DNA of 64,000 bases from Patescibacteria group bacterium (lineage in GTDB: Bacteria; Patescibacteriota; Patescibacteriia; UBA9570). The number at the start of each line of letters is the position of its first letter. The first letter of the stretch is position 1. Under the pieces are notes generated by a model. The model worked only from the letters and a program-made list of their open reading frames with translations, ran no database searches and had not been told where the DNA came from. The stretch is from NCBI GenBank assembly GCA_024277435.1, contig JAJRVJ010000028.1, forward strand, positions 14,114 to 78,113, written 5' to 3'. Of the stretch, positions 39,948-49,656 are shown in pieces. A program made the translations under genes and the position numbers.

Positions 39948-40568
39948 ATGAATAGAAAATTACTTATCGCTATCGTTGGATCTGCCGCAACACTACTACT
40001 TATTGTAATTGGTGTTGCCATTTGGGCTACAATGAGCAATGTTGCAACTAAAGATGGTGAACAAACTAATGAAGTGAATGCTAATCAAGGCGTTACCACT
40101 AAGAATACCAATAGTACATCTACCTCTTCTGGTAATGAGGGAGTAGATATAAATAGTTCTGGAAGTACTTTGTCTGGTAATAGTTTGGCTGAAGCGAGTA
40201 CGGATGAAGAATCGATTATTCGATTAGCAAAGAGTTTTACTCAGCGCTTTGGTTCTTTTTCTAATGATACGGATTATGAGAATATAGAGTTGTCCAGGCC
40301 ATTCATGACGGAAGACATGATAAATCGCACAAATGCACTCATCATTCCACAGGATGATAATGCTGAATTTTATAGTATTTCTACGCAATCTATTGATGTA
40401 GATATTGTTGATTTTGGAGAAGGGGCAACTGGTGCTACCATAGAAGTAGGCACTCGCCGAACGGAGCGTAAGGGCTTAGATAATCCGGTGAAATTTTCTC
40501 AAACAGCTCGGCTGGAATTAAAGAAAATTAGTAATCAATGGAAGGTTGATAAATTTACTTGGAAATAA
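39948..40568 (+). CDS. Membrane-anchored 206-aa protein (possible VirB8/PrgL-like component)
   Basis: N-terminal transmembrane segment plus about 120-aa extracytoplasmic domain of the size expected for an NTF2-like VirB8 fold. Position immediately after VirB4. No sequence motif was recognised. Confidence 0.45.
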   Translation: MNRKLLIAIVGSAATLLLIVIGVAIWATMSNVATKDGEQTNEVNANQGVTTKNTNSTSTSSGNEGVDINSSGSTLSGNSLAEASTDEESIIRLAKSFTQRFGSFSNDTDYENIELSRPFMTEDMINRTNALIIPQDDNAEFYSISTQSIDVDIVDFGEGATGATIEVGTRRTERKGLDNPVKFSQTARLELKKISNQWKVDKFTWK

Positions 40569-40585
40569 ATAATCGAAAGTCTCTT

Positions 40586-41623
40586 ATGCGGCCATCACTA
40601 AAACGCATTATATTTACAGTTACTTCAGGCCTCGGTTTTGTTGTGCCGTCGTTAGTGTTGGCAGCAAAGCGTATTGATGAGATTAGTTACACGCTAGAGC
40701 AACCATTTGGTAATGTTTCAACTGTAACAAGTTTTGGCCAGTATTTGCAGCTGGCATACGAATACACCGCTGGACTCATTGGCATTATTGCTGTAGTAGT
40801 AATTATGGCTGGCGGCTTAATGTGGGTTTCGGCTGCTGGTAACGAGCAAAAAATTAGTACTGCTAAAGAAATTATCATTGGTGCCGTTACCGCTGTTGTG
40901 ATTATTGTACTTTCGTATGCAATATTAGTATTTATTAATCCAAGATTGGTTCAGAATACATTTTCTTTAGAGCGTATTAGTTTCGTGCCATCAGATGTAG
41001 ATATTAACACACTCCCACTTTGTACATCTAAAAATTTTACTGGACAAACCTGTGTAGGTGAGGATTCTCGTGACATTGAGTGTGATTTATTGCAGTGCGG
41101 AGAGATAGGTACGCTACCAAGCGTGGGAGAGTGTCGTGGTGCTGGTAATGAATGTGGATCTGGCAGCTACAAGTGCTACCCTGATTCAGATATTCCGCGC
41201 GAAGATATGCAGTGTCAATTAGATGCCTGTGGTACTTGGATTAGTAGTTGCTATCAAAAATATATGAAAGGCGCTGCCGATGAGACTAATGAGACAGCGT
41301 ATAATAACTGCATATGTCAGTACTACGAAAGCGAAGCTATGGATTATTTTGGCGGTGTCAACGCATACGATGCAACTCGCGCAGGAATTTTTGAAGATAT
41401 GTGTAATGAAACAATAGAAAATATTGATTGGAGCACATATATTGGTAATGATAGCGCTATAGCTGCTAAGTATACAGGCGCTACTACTGGACAAGCTTCT
41501 GTATTAGGATTGAATTGTGGCTTAGGATGTAATTTTGAAAAAGGTGAAGAAACCTATAGAGATACGGATGAGTTTGGCGTAACAATAACAACAACGCTTG
41601 ACACTGTTACTTGCGTACCATAA
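40586..41623 (+). CDS. Secreted fusion protein: VirB2/TrbC-like pilin module plus Cys-rich C-terminal domain (paralog A)
   Basis: Signal peptide, then helix-loop-helix hydrophobic hairpin AGLIGIIAVVVIMAGGLMWVSAAGNEQKISTAKEIIIGAVTAVVIIVLSYAILVFINP (VirB2-like topology), then about 200 aa with about 17 Cys. Confidence 0.5.
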   Translation: MRPSLKRIIFTVTSGLGFVVPSLVLAAKRIDEISYTLEQPFGNVSTVTSFGQYLQLAYEYTAGLIGIIAVVVIMAGGLMWVSAAGNEQKISTAKEIIIGAVTAVVIIVLSYAILVFINPRLVQNTFSLERISFVPSDVDINTLPLCTSKNFTGQTCVGEDSRDIECDLLQCGEIGTLPSVGECRGAGNECGSGSYKCYPDSDIPREDMQCQLDACGTWISSCYQKYMKGAADETNETAYNNCICQYYESEAMDYFGGVNAYDATRAGIFEDMCNETIENIDWSTYIGNDSAIAAKYTGATTGQASVLGLNCGLGCNFEKGEETYRDTDEFGVTITTTLDTVTCVP

Positions 41624-41687
41624 ATATTCCTTATCAATAAAACACGAATAACTTGTTTTATCGTAGGTATTATGGTATAATTATCCC

Positions 41688-42974
41688 ATGAATTGGTTGC
41701 GTGATTTTATAGAGCGAGTAACAAATTGGGCAGAAGATCTTAATGAGGGCCAGCGCCGTATTTTTTTGGCAGGCCTACTTTTAGTTGGAGCCGCTTTTAT
41801 GGGCTTCCTTATTTACTGGGTATTTTTCCGAGATTTTTTTGGAGAAGAACAAGTAAGTATCAATGGTGAATTAGTAAATGTAAGCCAATTACCAGATATT
41901 ATTCCGGTAACTGCTGATATTGATTTAGTTAATGTAAATGAAGCAGTTGGGTTGCCAGATATCGACGTTGTAGCTAAGGGCGGTAATACACTTTCACAGG
42001 TTATCCGCTATGGTGAATCAAAAAATGTGGTATTGAGTGGCGATGGAAAAACGCTGCAATACTATGATCCTGAAACTGGGAAATTTTATCGTATTGATGA
42101 AAATGGAAATGTTATTGAATTAAGCGATAAAGTATTTCAGGGTGTAGAGGAAGCTACTTGGTCTAACGATGGAGATAAAGCCGTTATTGAGTTAGAAGAT
42201 GGCTTTAACATTGTGTATGATTTTGATATTGAAGAACAGTACACATTACACGAGGATATGGCAGATTTTGATTTTTCTCCAAACGATAATCAAATCAGTT
42301 TCAAATTTGAACCAGGTAATCCCGATGATAACTTCTTAGGTATTTCTAGCTATGATGGATCTGGAGCAGTCGCAATTGAGCATCTTGGTAATAATGGTGA
42401 TCAAGTGAATCCGCAGTGGTCTCCATCAGGGCAATCGATTGGTACATTTGAAGAATATGTTGATGGCATCAATAAATCGGTTCTACCACTTGGATTTAAG
42501 GGTGAAAATTTCAAAGATTTTATAGTTGAGGGAAGAGGCTTTGATTATGAATGGTCACCAAGTGGTAGACAAATGCTATACAGTACGTATACCCCAGCAA
42601 ATAACTATAATCCTACCATTCATATAGTAAATGCGTATGGTGATGAGATTGGCTCTGGTAACCATTCATTAAATTTAAATACATCAGTTGATAAATGCAC
42701 CTTTACCGCCAGCGGAAATTCAGTATACTGTTCTGTTCCAACTGAACAGCCAATTGGTTTAGGAATTAATCCTGATAATGCTAATGATATTCCACATGAT
42801 ATTTATAAAGTGGATATAGAATCTGGATTCATAGAAAAAATAGCTACACCAGTAGATCAACAATTAGGGAGTAGTCTTAAAGGGGCAACATCTATAATAG
42901 TAAGTAAAGATGAGAGTATTCTCTATTATACCGAGGCTGATACTGGAAATATTCGTCGAATCCTTTTAAAATAA
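41688..42974 (+). CDS. Membrane-anchored TolB-like beta-propeller (PD40-repeat) protein
   Basis: N-terminal transmembrane segment; repeated WSNDGDKAV, FSPNDNQISF, WSPSGQSIG and WSPSGRQMLY motifs typical of PD40/TolB-like blades. Confidence 0.5.
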   Translation: MNWLRDFIERVTNWAEDLNEGQRRIFLAGLLLVGAAFMGFLIYWVFFRDFFGEEQVSINGELVNVSQLPDIIPVTADIDLVNVNEAVGLPDIDVVAKGGNTLSQVIRYGESKNVVLSGDGKTLQYYDPETGKFYRIDENGNVIELSDKVFQGVEEATWSNDGDKAVIELEDGFNIVYDFDIEEQYTLHEDMADFDFSPNDNQISFKFEPGNPDDNFLGISSYDGSGAVAIEHLGNNGDQVNPQWSPSGQSIGTFEEYVDGINKSVLPLGFKGENFKDFIVEGRGFDYEWSPSGRQMLYSTYTPANNYNPTIHIVNAYGDEIGSGNHSLNLNTSVDKCTFTASGNSVYCSVPTEQPIGLGINPDNANDIPHDIYKVDIESGFIEKIATPVDQQLGSSLKGATSIIVSKDESILYYTEADTGNIRRILLK

Positions 42975-42979
42975 TTTAT

Positions 42980-43747
42980 ATGAGTAAATCAAATTCACAG
43001 TACAAATATTACGCAATTATTACCCTGGCAATCTTTGGATTACTTTTTTTGATTAGTACGTGGTTTTTTATTCGAGTTGCTATTTTAGGATCCGCTGATA
43101 CTATTCTCATTAATAATGAATCATTAACCAGTGAGGACGTAATAAAAATCCAAATGCAGAGTCCGGAATTTAAAGACCCGCTTATTACTGTTGTGCCAGA
43201 GGATCAACAGAGTATCAGCAGTAAATCTAAGGTATTTATTTCAAATATCGATCCATCACTTGGCTCAGATGAATCCAGGGCCTTTGTTATCATTTATGGT
43301 AATTTTGCAGATCCACAAGTAAGTGATTATATACTTTGGGCAACTAACATTGTTGAGGATTATGATGGCAATGTAACTGTTGTATGGAAAGATTATGTTT
43401 CACCAGATGATGAGCGGGCTACAGCTATGGCAGTGCGAGCACATTGTGCAGCTGAGCAAAATCGTTTTTGGCAATTTGCTGATGCATTGCAGAATCGTGA
43501 GTCAGATGATGATGCTACATTGCTATCACTTACTCTAGCGCTTGGTATGGATGAGTTAACGTTTAATGAGTGTTTGGATTCCGGAGGATATGAAGCGATA
43601 GTTGAGCAGAACTACTTTGCTGGGAATAATTATAGCGTATCAAATGGTCATACGCTATTTGTGAATGACCGGCAATACAATGAATTGATTTCTGAAGAAG
43701 AACTAAGAACAAGTATTGACGAAGTTCTCGTTGAATTTAGCGAATAA
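42980..43747 (+). CDS. DsbA-like thioredoxin-fold protein (Thioredoxin_4-like) with a degenerate CxxC site, membrane-anchored
   Basis: C-terminal AHCAAEQNRFWQFADAL matches the DsbA/BdbD signature A..C..EQ.KFW.FHD.LF. The position where CxxC is expected reads FADPQ. Confidence 0.45.
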   Translation: MSKSNSQYKYYAIITLAIFGLLFLISTWFFIRVAILGSADTILINNESLTSEDVIKIQMQSPEFKDPLITVVPEDQQSISSKSKVFISNIDPSLGSDESRAFVIIYGNFADPQVSDYILWATNIVEDYDGNVTVVWKDYVSPDDERATAMAVRAHCAAEQNRFWQFADALQNRESDDDATLLSLTLALGMDELTFNECLDSGGYEAIVEQNYFAGNNYSVSNGHTLFVNDRQYNELISEEELRTSIDEVLVEFSE

Positions 43748-43757
43748 TAAAAGAAGC

Positions 43758-45056
43758 ATGCGCTTAGTAAAATTATCCCTATACTGCATTATACTTGCAT
43801 CAGCGGTATTTGGATTTGCACAAAGTGTACAGGCTGAACCTGCTCCAGACTATGTGCCCGGACCAGATCAACTATATACACTAGAGCAAAAATTTGGGAA
43901 TATAAGCCAAGTTGCTGATATTGGAGAATACATTCAGTTAGTATATTCGTATGCCGTCGGTATCGTTGGAATTATAGCGGTAGTATTAATTATGGGTGGA
44001 GGTATTATGTGGGTTTCCGCTGCTGGTAATGAGCAAAAAATTAGTACTGCCAAAGAAGTTATTGTTTCTGCGGTTACAGCGGTGATAATAATGGTCCTTT
44101 CATATGGTATATTAGTATTTATTAACCCACAGCTCACTAAAGTGCAAATAAGTGTGCCAGTTATTCCGGTGCTTGATAGTTGCCCAGAAGTTCCATTACA
44201 ATCATTTCCATCTATCGATGGCCTTGAATCTAATGGTTCCCAAGCTTGCCCTGGTATGGTGGCTGAAATTACTTCGATTGTTTCTAGTATGAGAGCTACT
44301 GGTGGTTTATGTGAAGATTGTACACTGGCCATTGGTAACGCTTGGCGGTCAAGTGAATCTCAAGCTACATTGTATCAGTGTTTTACGCAAGCAGTAGAAG
44401 AAGGGTATCGTACAAGTGGAGGAATACCTATTAAAGATGGTTGCCCCAGCGGCTGTAGTGGTTGTAATAAAGCTCGCGAGGTGAGTGAAACAACTTGCGC
44501 TTCTGGCCATTTACGAGGAGCGGCAATGGACGCCTACCTTATGGTAGGTGCAACGAGTGATAAAAATACCGCGGCAGGAGTGACTGCACAAGGCCCTGAC
44601 GGAAGTGCATATATTGCAAATAGCCGATGGTATTTAAATCAAAAATATAATTTAGGCAATGGAGTAGAGAGTACCTTAAAAGATCCATTAAAGAATAATC
44701 AAGATTTATTGGCAACTATAGCAACGAGCACCGGAAAGTTCACACCGTTCACACCAACAGCATCGGGGGGTGAATGGTGGCATTTTGATTTTTCTGCAGC
44801 ACAATGTGATTCATTTGACGCTCCCTGTACTATAAATACTACTACAGGATTTGCTGATAATGGATATTGCCGTTTAACTACTCCTGGCAGTGTGACATAT
44901 ACATTAGCGAGCTGCACTGCAGGGGAGCCTACATGTCCTACAGGCACAACCGGATCTATTTATACTACCTTAGATGACACTAGTTGCGGATTATGGAATG
45001 GAACGCATTTGGAGATGGATAATGTAATTCTTCCACCTAATTGTGTATCTGATTAA
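43758..45056 (+). CDS. Secreted fusion protein: VirB2/TrbC-like pilin module plus Cys-rich C-terminal domain (paralog B)
   Basis: Signal peptide MRLVKLSLYCIILASAVFGFAQSVQA. The core VGIVGIIAVVLIMGGGIMWVSAAGNEQKISTAKEVIVSAVTAVIIMVLSYGILVFINP is near-identical to paralog A. The C-terminal Cys-rich domain is divergent. Confidence 0.6.
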   Translation: MRLVKLSLYCIILASAVFGFAQSVQAEPAPDYVPGPDQLYTLEQKFGNISQVADIGEYIQLVYSYAVGIVGIIAVVLIMGGGIMWVSAAGNEQKISTAKEVIVSAVTAVIIMVLSYGILVFINPQLTKVQISVPVIPVLDSCPEVPLQSFPSIDGLESNGSQACPGMVAEITSIVSSMRATGGLCEDCTLAIGNAWRSSESQATLYQCFTQAVEEGYRTSGGIPIKDGCPSGCSGCNKAREVSETTCASGHLRGAAMDAYLMVGATSDKNTAAGVTAQGPDGSAYIANSRWYLNQKYNLGNGVESTLKDPLKNNQDLLATIATSTGKFTPFTPTASGGEWWHFDFSAAQCDSFDAPCTINTTTGFADNGYCRLTTPGSVTYTLASCTAGEPTCPTGTTGSIYTTLDDTSCGLWNGTHLEMDNVILPPNCVSD

Positions 45057-45058
45057 TT

Positions 45059-47155
45059 TTATTCCAGATGCACTTGTTTGATAAAATGATCTAGCCGGGT
45101 TTTAATATCTGGATAATGAGTAATATTTTCAAAAATAGTATCGGCAGCCTCGCGAGTAGCTTTAACCAAAACTTTATCGGTAAGTTTTGCCATTTTAAAA
45201 TGGCTGAGAAATCCGGATTGCTGCCTACCAAATACATCACCTGGTCCGCGTGATTCTAAATCAAATTCAGCTAATGCAAAACCATCAGAGGTATTTGTAA
45301 AAAAATCTAGACGCTCTTTACTGCGCTCAGCTTCACCATCTGTACAGACATAGCAAAATGATTGCTTATCCGATCTTCCTACCCTACCTCGTAATTGATG
45401 TAGTTGGGCTAAGCCAAAGCGGTCGGCATTTTCTATGATCATCATTGTGGCATTTGGCACATCGATACCTACCTCAATAACCGTTGTAGCAACGAGTATA
45501 TGAATTTTTCCTGAAACAAATTCTTGCATGATACGTTGTTTTTCAGCGGCCTTCAGTTTGCCATGTAATTCTGCAATAGTTGCTTCGGGAAACTTCTTGG
45601 ATATGCGCTCATATTCTGAGGTGATGGACGCCATAGTATCTTTAGATTCAGCTTTATCATTACCCTCATCCTCAATACGTGGAACCACAATGTATATTTG
45701 GTCGCCGGCTAGCAAGCGTTCATTGATATGGGAGTACATCGCACTGCGCTGAGGAGTTGCGCTAACCATCTGCGTAGTAATTGGTTTGCGTCCAGCTGGT
45801 AATTCATTGAGAATTGATAATTCTAAATCACCATACACAGTTAGCGCTAGCGAGCGAGGGATAGGCGTTGCCGTCATAGATAATAAGTGAGGTGTGGTAG
45901 AGTTATTATCTGAATGCTCACGCAAACGCTTGCGATGACGCACTCCAAAACGATGTTGTTCATCAATAACTGCTAACCCTAATTTTTTTAGTGAAATAGA
46001 TTCTTGTATTAATGCGTGCGTGCCAATAATAATATCGCATTGCATTATACTATGCTGAGAATCACTATTTACAACTCCCATCGCATGTTGCTTTCCGTTT
46101 GATGTACGCAGGGAGCGAGTCCATAAGCCAATGCTTACATCTGTATAATTAAACACTTGTAGGAGTGTTTTATAATGCTGCTCAGCAAGAATTTCTGTTG
46201 GCGCCATTAATACCGATTGTAATCCAGCATGATATACAGAATACATACCAATAGCTGCCACTACTGTTTTTCCAGAGCCCACATCACCCTCAAGTAAGCG
46301 ATTCATTGGATGGTCTGATTGCATGTCTTTAATAATATCCCAGGCCGCTTTACGTTGAGCTTGTGTAAGTGTAAATGGTAATGCAGCAACAAAATCTTTA
46401 ATTAACTGCCCTTTGAATGGCACGGAAGTAGCTTGTTGACTGGCTATGTCATCGCGTGTAGCTCGAGAAAATAATTGCACCAATAATAATTCATCAAAAC
46501 CTAAACGGTATTGAGCTTTTTCTACATCTTGCCAAGTATCGGGAAAATGGATTAATTGTACGGCGGAGGTCATTGTTTGTAAATCATATGTATCAAGCAT
46601 GTCTTCTGGAAGCCAATCAGGTAGTGTTTCCTCACCAAGGATATCGAGGGCTTGTCGCATGTAGTACCGTAATTGTTTTTGTGTAATACCTTTAGTTAAT
46701 GAATATTGTGGAACAATACGAGCTGTATGAGTGGTAGTTTGCTTATATTTCTCAAACATCGGATTGTTCATCTGTTGGCCATACTTTTTGGAGTTTGATA
46801 CTTTACCAGAAGCATATATACGATCACCTTTTTTTAACTGATTGGCAATATAGGGCTGATTGAACCAGATAATGTTTAATGATCCTGAGTCATCGCGCAG
46901 TGTAATTTCCGTTAATGAAAAACGTCGCTTCCAACTTTGGCGCTTGCGAACTGCTGTAACCTCACCACATACAGTAATAGCGGAGCCGGGGCTGGCATCA
47001 GTAATGTTTATAACATCGGAATAATCATCGTGCTTTTTTGGAAAATAAAACAATAATTCCAGAATAGTTGAAATGTCTAAACGTTGTAATCGTTTATGTA
47101 TAGCCGGACCAACACCATGAAGTTGATCAACTTTTGAAGATAGTGATAGCGCCAT
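45059..47155 (-). CDS. recG: ATP-dependent DNA helicase RecG
   Basis: Wedge/OB N-terminal domain; helicase motifs GDVGSGKT and DEQHRFG; TRG motif region. Length 698 aa. Confidence 0.9.
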   Translation of the reverse strand: MALSLSSKVDQLHGVGPAIHKRLQRLDISTILELLFYFPKKHDDYSDVINITDASPGSAITVCGEVTAVRKRQSWKRRFSLTEITLRDDSGSLNIIWFNQPYIANQLKKGDRIYASGKVSNSKKYGQQMNNPMFEKYKQTTTHTARIVPQYSLTKGITQKQLRYYMRQALDILGEETLPDWLPEDMLDTYDLQTMTSAVQLIHFPDTWQDVEKAQYRLGFDELLLVQLFSRATRDDIASQQATSVPFKGQLIKDFVAALPFTLTQAQRKAAWDIIKDMQSDHPMNRLLEGDVGSGKTVVAAIGMYSVYHAGLQSVLMAPTEILAEQHYKTLLQVFNYTDVSIGLWTRSLRTSNGKQHAMGVVNSDSQHSIMQCDIIIGTHALIQESISLKKLGLAVIDEQHRFGVRHRKRLREHSDNNSTTPHLLSMTATPIPRSLALTVYGDLELSILNELPAGRKPITTQMVSATPQRSAMYSHINERLLAGDQIYIVVPRIEDEGNDKAESKDTMASITSEYERISKKFPEATIAELHGKLKAAEKQRIMQEFVSGKIHILVATTVIEVGIDVPNATMMIIENADRFGLAQLHQLRGRVGRSDKQSFCYVCTDGEAERSKERLDFFTNTSDGFALAEFDLESRGPGDVFGRQQSGFLSHFKMAKLTDKVLVKATREAADTIFENITHYPDIKTRLDHFIKQVHLE

Positions 47156-47160
47156 GATAT

Positions 47161-48564
47161 CTACGTTAATCGTTGACGACCAAGAATTTTCTTCATACGA
47201 GAAGTTTCTGATTGTACAATATTGTACTGTTTTTTTATTTTCTTAGTACGCTCATCGGCCATTTTTTTCATTAACAATATACCAATAGTATACGTAGGGA
47301 AAAGATTAAAGCCAGGGATAAATTCGGCAATTACCCCAATGACGAGTTTACCAACAGTTCTCTTAATAAGCATGCGCTTAAAGAATGTACCCTCACCTAA
47401 CAAGATGGCTGTTAGTGCACCGCCTAAGAATAGGCTAGCCAGTGTAGTAATAATTCCAAAGTCTGCACCGCCGCCAACCATCCAGTCTATTAAATCTTTA
47501 GCGATTGCAATTGCTAAGGCTGCGGCAAATCCTTTAAACTCGCCACTTTTCATACTAGCTTTAATTTGTTGACCAACTCGATCACCAGCTTTGATTACAC
47601 CGCGTTCAGTTAACTTTCCTTTGGCAGATTTAGCTCCAGCCTCTCCGGCTACAGCGCCACCACCAGCCTGTGCTGCTTCAGCAATTTCTGACTGCTCAGC
47701 TGCCTGACTAATCCGTTGTTGTGACTGCTGTATTTGCATGCTCCGTTGTTGTCTAGAGCGCGCTTGCTGCTTCTCTTTGTTTAAGGCAGCTATTTGACCA
47801 GCTTGACCAATGCCCTCACCATCAGTATCTTGCTCTCCATCCCCATCTTCTTCAGCTAATTGTTTTTCTTGCTCTGCTTGAGAAAATCGGGCTAATTGTT
47901 GCTTGCGTTTTTCAGAGTCATCACCCGCTAAATTTACCATACCTTGCTGAGCAAGTGCTTCCTCATCAGCCGACGATGGTAAGCTCACTGCACTTTGAGG
48001 AGGCGCTATACTTTCTGGTTCACCAGGCGCTTCAGGTTCTTGCTCTGCTGTAGCGGCCTCTGCCTCTCGTTCTTCACCAGCTCCTTCACTGCCAAGTTCC
48101 TCAATCATACGGGCGGCTTCTTCGCGCTCTTCCGTAGAGACTTCCTGTATACCACCAGAAGGAGTGTAGTTATGCATATCTGCTAGTGATGCTAACGTGG
48201 CATTTTGCATCCCATTATTTAGGGCCTGCTGCATAATTTTTAGTATCTCACCAGAATGTTCTTGTAAGGCACTTTCTAGTGCCTTAGGACTTAGCCCATC
48301 TGTAGGATCCTCTAAGTTAACCGCAGCCATTATTTGCTCATTCTGCATAAGCTCAGCAGCAATTTTTGGTATCAACGCAAAAAGTTTTTGCGGAGTCATG
48401 GAATCTCCACCCTGTGCTTTAATTTTAATATCTTGTGGAACCGCTGAAAGGCGAGCGAGTCCCTCACTAATACCTTCTTTCAAAATATCCGGCTCATTAA
48501 CAACCCGGTCTCGATATGAGCCTAATTGTGGAGTAGGATTTTCAGTCATCGGTAGGTGTTTCAA
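47161..48564 (-). CDS. Hypothetical protein, acidic/Q-rich with C-terminal transmembrane helices
   Basis: Long ORF co-directional with and 5 nt downstream of recG. C-terminal hydrophobic segments. Confidence 0.55.
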   Translation of the reverse strand: MKHLPMTENPTPQLGSYRDRVVNEPDILKEGISEGLARLSAVPQDIKIKAQGGDSMTPQKLFALIPKIAAELMQNEQIMAAVNLEDPTDGLSPKALESALQEHSGEILKIMQQALNNGMQNATLASLADMHNYTPSGGIQEVSTEEREEAARMIEELGSEGAGEEREAEAATAEQEPEAPGEPESIAPPQSAVSLPSSADEEALAQQGMVNLAGDDSEKRKQQLARFSQAEQEKQLAEEDGDGEQDTDGEGIGQAGQIAALNKEKQQARSRQQRSMQIQQSQQRISQAAEQSEIAEAAQAGGGAVAGEAGAKSAKGKLTERGVIKAGDRVGQQIKASMKSGEFKGFAAALAIAIAKDLIDWMVGGGADFGIITTLASLFLGGALTAILLGEGTFFKRMLIKRTVGKLVIGVIAEFIPGFNLFPTYTIGILLMKKMADERTKKIKKQYNIVQSETSRMKKILGRQRLT

Positions 48565-48979
48565 TTTCGTATGATCCCATTAGGGTAGCAACATCAAGTA
48601 ATCGAGTATTGCGTTCCTCAATTAATTTATCAACTTCCTGTTGTTTTTGGACATCACTTAATCGCGTATCATTTTCAATGATATTCACTAATGCACAATA
48701 GAGTATTCCAAACTCTGCAACTATTTGTTTATAGTAATCATCTTTGATGGTAAGGTCGGTAGCTTGTGCCACAATTGGTAATTGCTGGAGTAGAGGAGTA
48801 AGGTTCCCCATTAATCCATGAACTCGTGGATCTGTATCGGATTCTTGCGTAACATCATTCATCCAGGCAGGGGTATCAAATGCAGCCTCAGGCTCATCAA
48901 GCTCACCTAAGCGTTTTTGGTGCTTTAATTTAGATAGCTCCAATTGCAATGAGTGCTCCTTAGGAGTAGGTACTGTCAT
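48542..48979 (-). CDS. Hypothetical 145-aa protein
   Basis: The ORF overlaps the downstream gene start, and there is a terminator-free operon-like arrangement with recG. Confidence 0.45.
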   Translation of the reverse strand: MTVPTPKEHSLQLELSKLKHQKRLGELDEPEAAFDTPAWMNDVTQESDTDPRVHGLMGNLTPLLQQLPIVAQATDLTIKDDYYKQIVAEFGILYCALVNIIENDTRLSDVQKQQEVDKLIEERNTRLLDVATLMGSYEIETPTDD

Positions 48980-49080
48980 AGGAACATATTATACCAAAAT
49001 ATAAGCAAAATTACAAGCTACTAAATTACAAAAAAACCGACTATTATAGCTGGTTTTTTTGTAATTTGAATTAATACAAA

Positions 49081-49620
49081 TTATAGTTCAAATCCAATAA
49101 TATAGTCATAGTCAGCAACGGCCTGCCCATTAATAGCCGGTCCAGCGCATGCATGCTTTACCAATTGGTCGTTAAATTTATCGTCTTCAGTTTTATAGAA
49201 TGCTAGTAGAGGCCCAATAAAATCATCTCCAGCATCTGCATTACAACGGTCAATCGGTCGAGTAGGAGAGTAATAATAGAAGTAATTAGTACCATCATTA
49301 CTTGGATCAGCTGGTACAGGATTCATATATGGATCCAAAACTGAATCAATAGCGCTGCCAGTGCCAATTACTTCACCGATTGCAGTAATTCCATCATCAG
49401 CATTATTTGGAAATCGGCCATTTTCCGAATAAAATGCGCCTAACGCAACTGTAATGGCCTGCATATCAGATATGCGAGTTGCGTCACGGGCTTGTGTTCT
49501 GGCCGTGCTAATACGGATAATAATGATAGTTGCCAGAAGGCCAATAATGCCAATTACAAGAAGTAGCTCGATAATAGTAAAGCCTTCTTGACTATTATGC
49601 TGGTTATTTATGATATGCAT
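49081..49620 (-). CDS. Type IV pilin-like protein (prepilin-type N-terminal cleavage/methylation domain)
   Basis: GFTIIELLLVIGIIGLLATIII matches the class III signal peptide / N-methylation motif (G-F-T-x-x-E). Confidence 0.75.
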   Translation of the reverse strand: MHIINNQHNSQEGFTIIELLLVIGIIGLLATIIIIRISTARTQARDATRISDMQAITVALGAFYSENGRFPNNADDGITAIGEVIGTGSAIDSVLDPYMNPVPADPSNDGTNYFYYYSPTRPIDRCNADAGDDFIGPLLAFYKTEDDKFNDQLVKHACAGPAINGQAVADYDYIIGFEL

Positions 49621-49656
49621 AATTAGGTGTTTTAATTTTTTATTTTAACTCTAATG

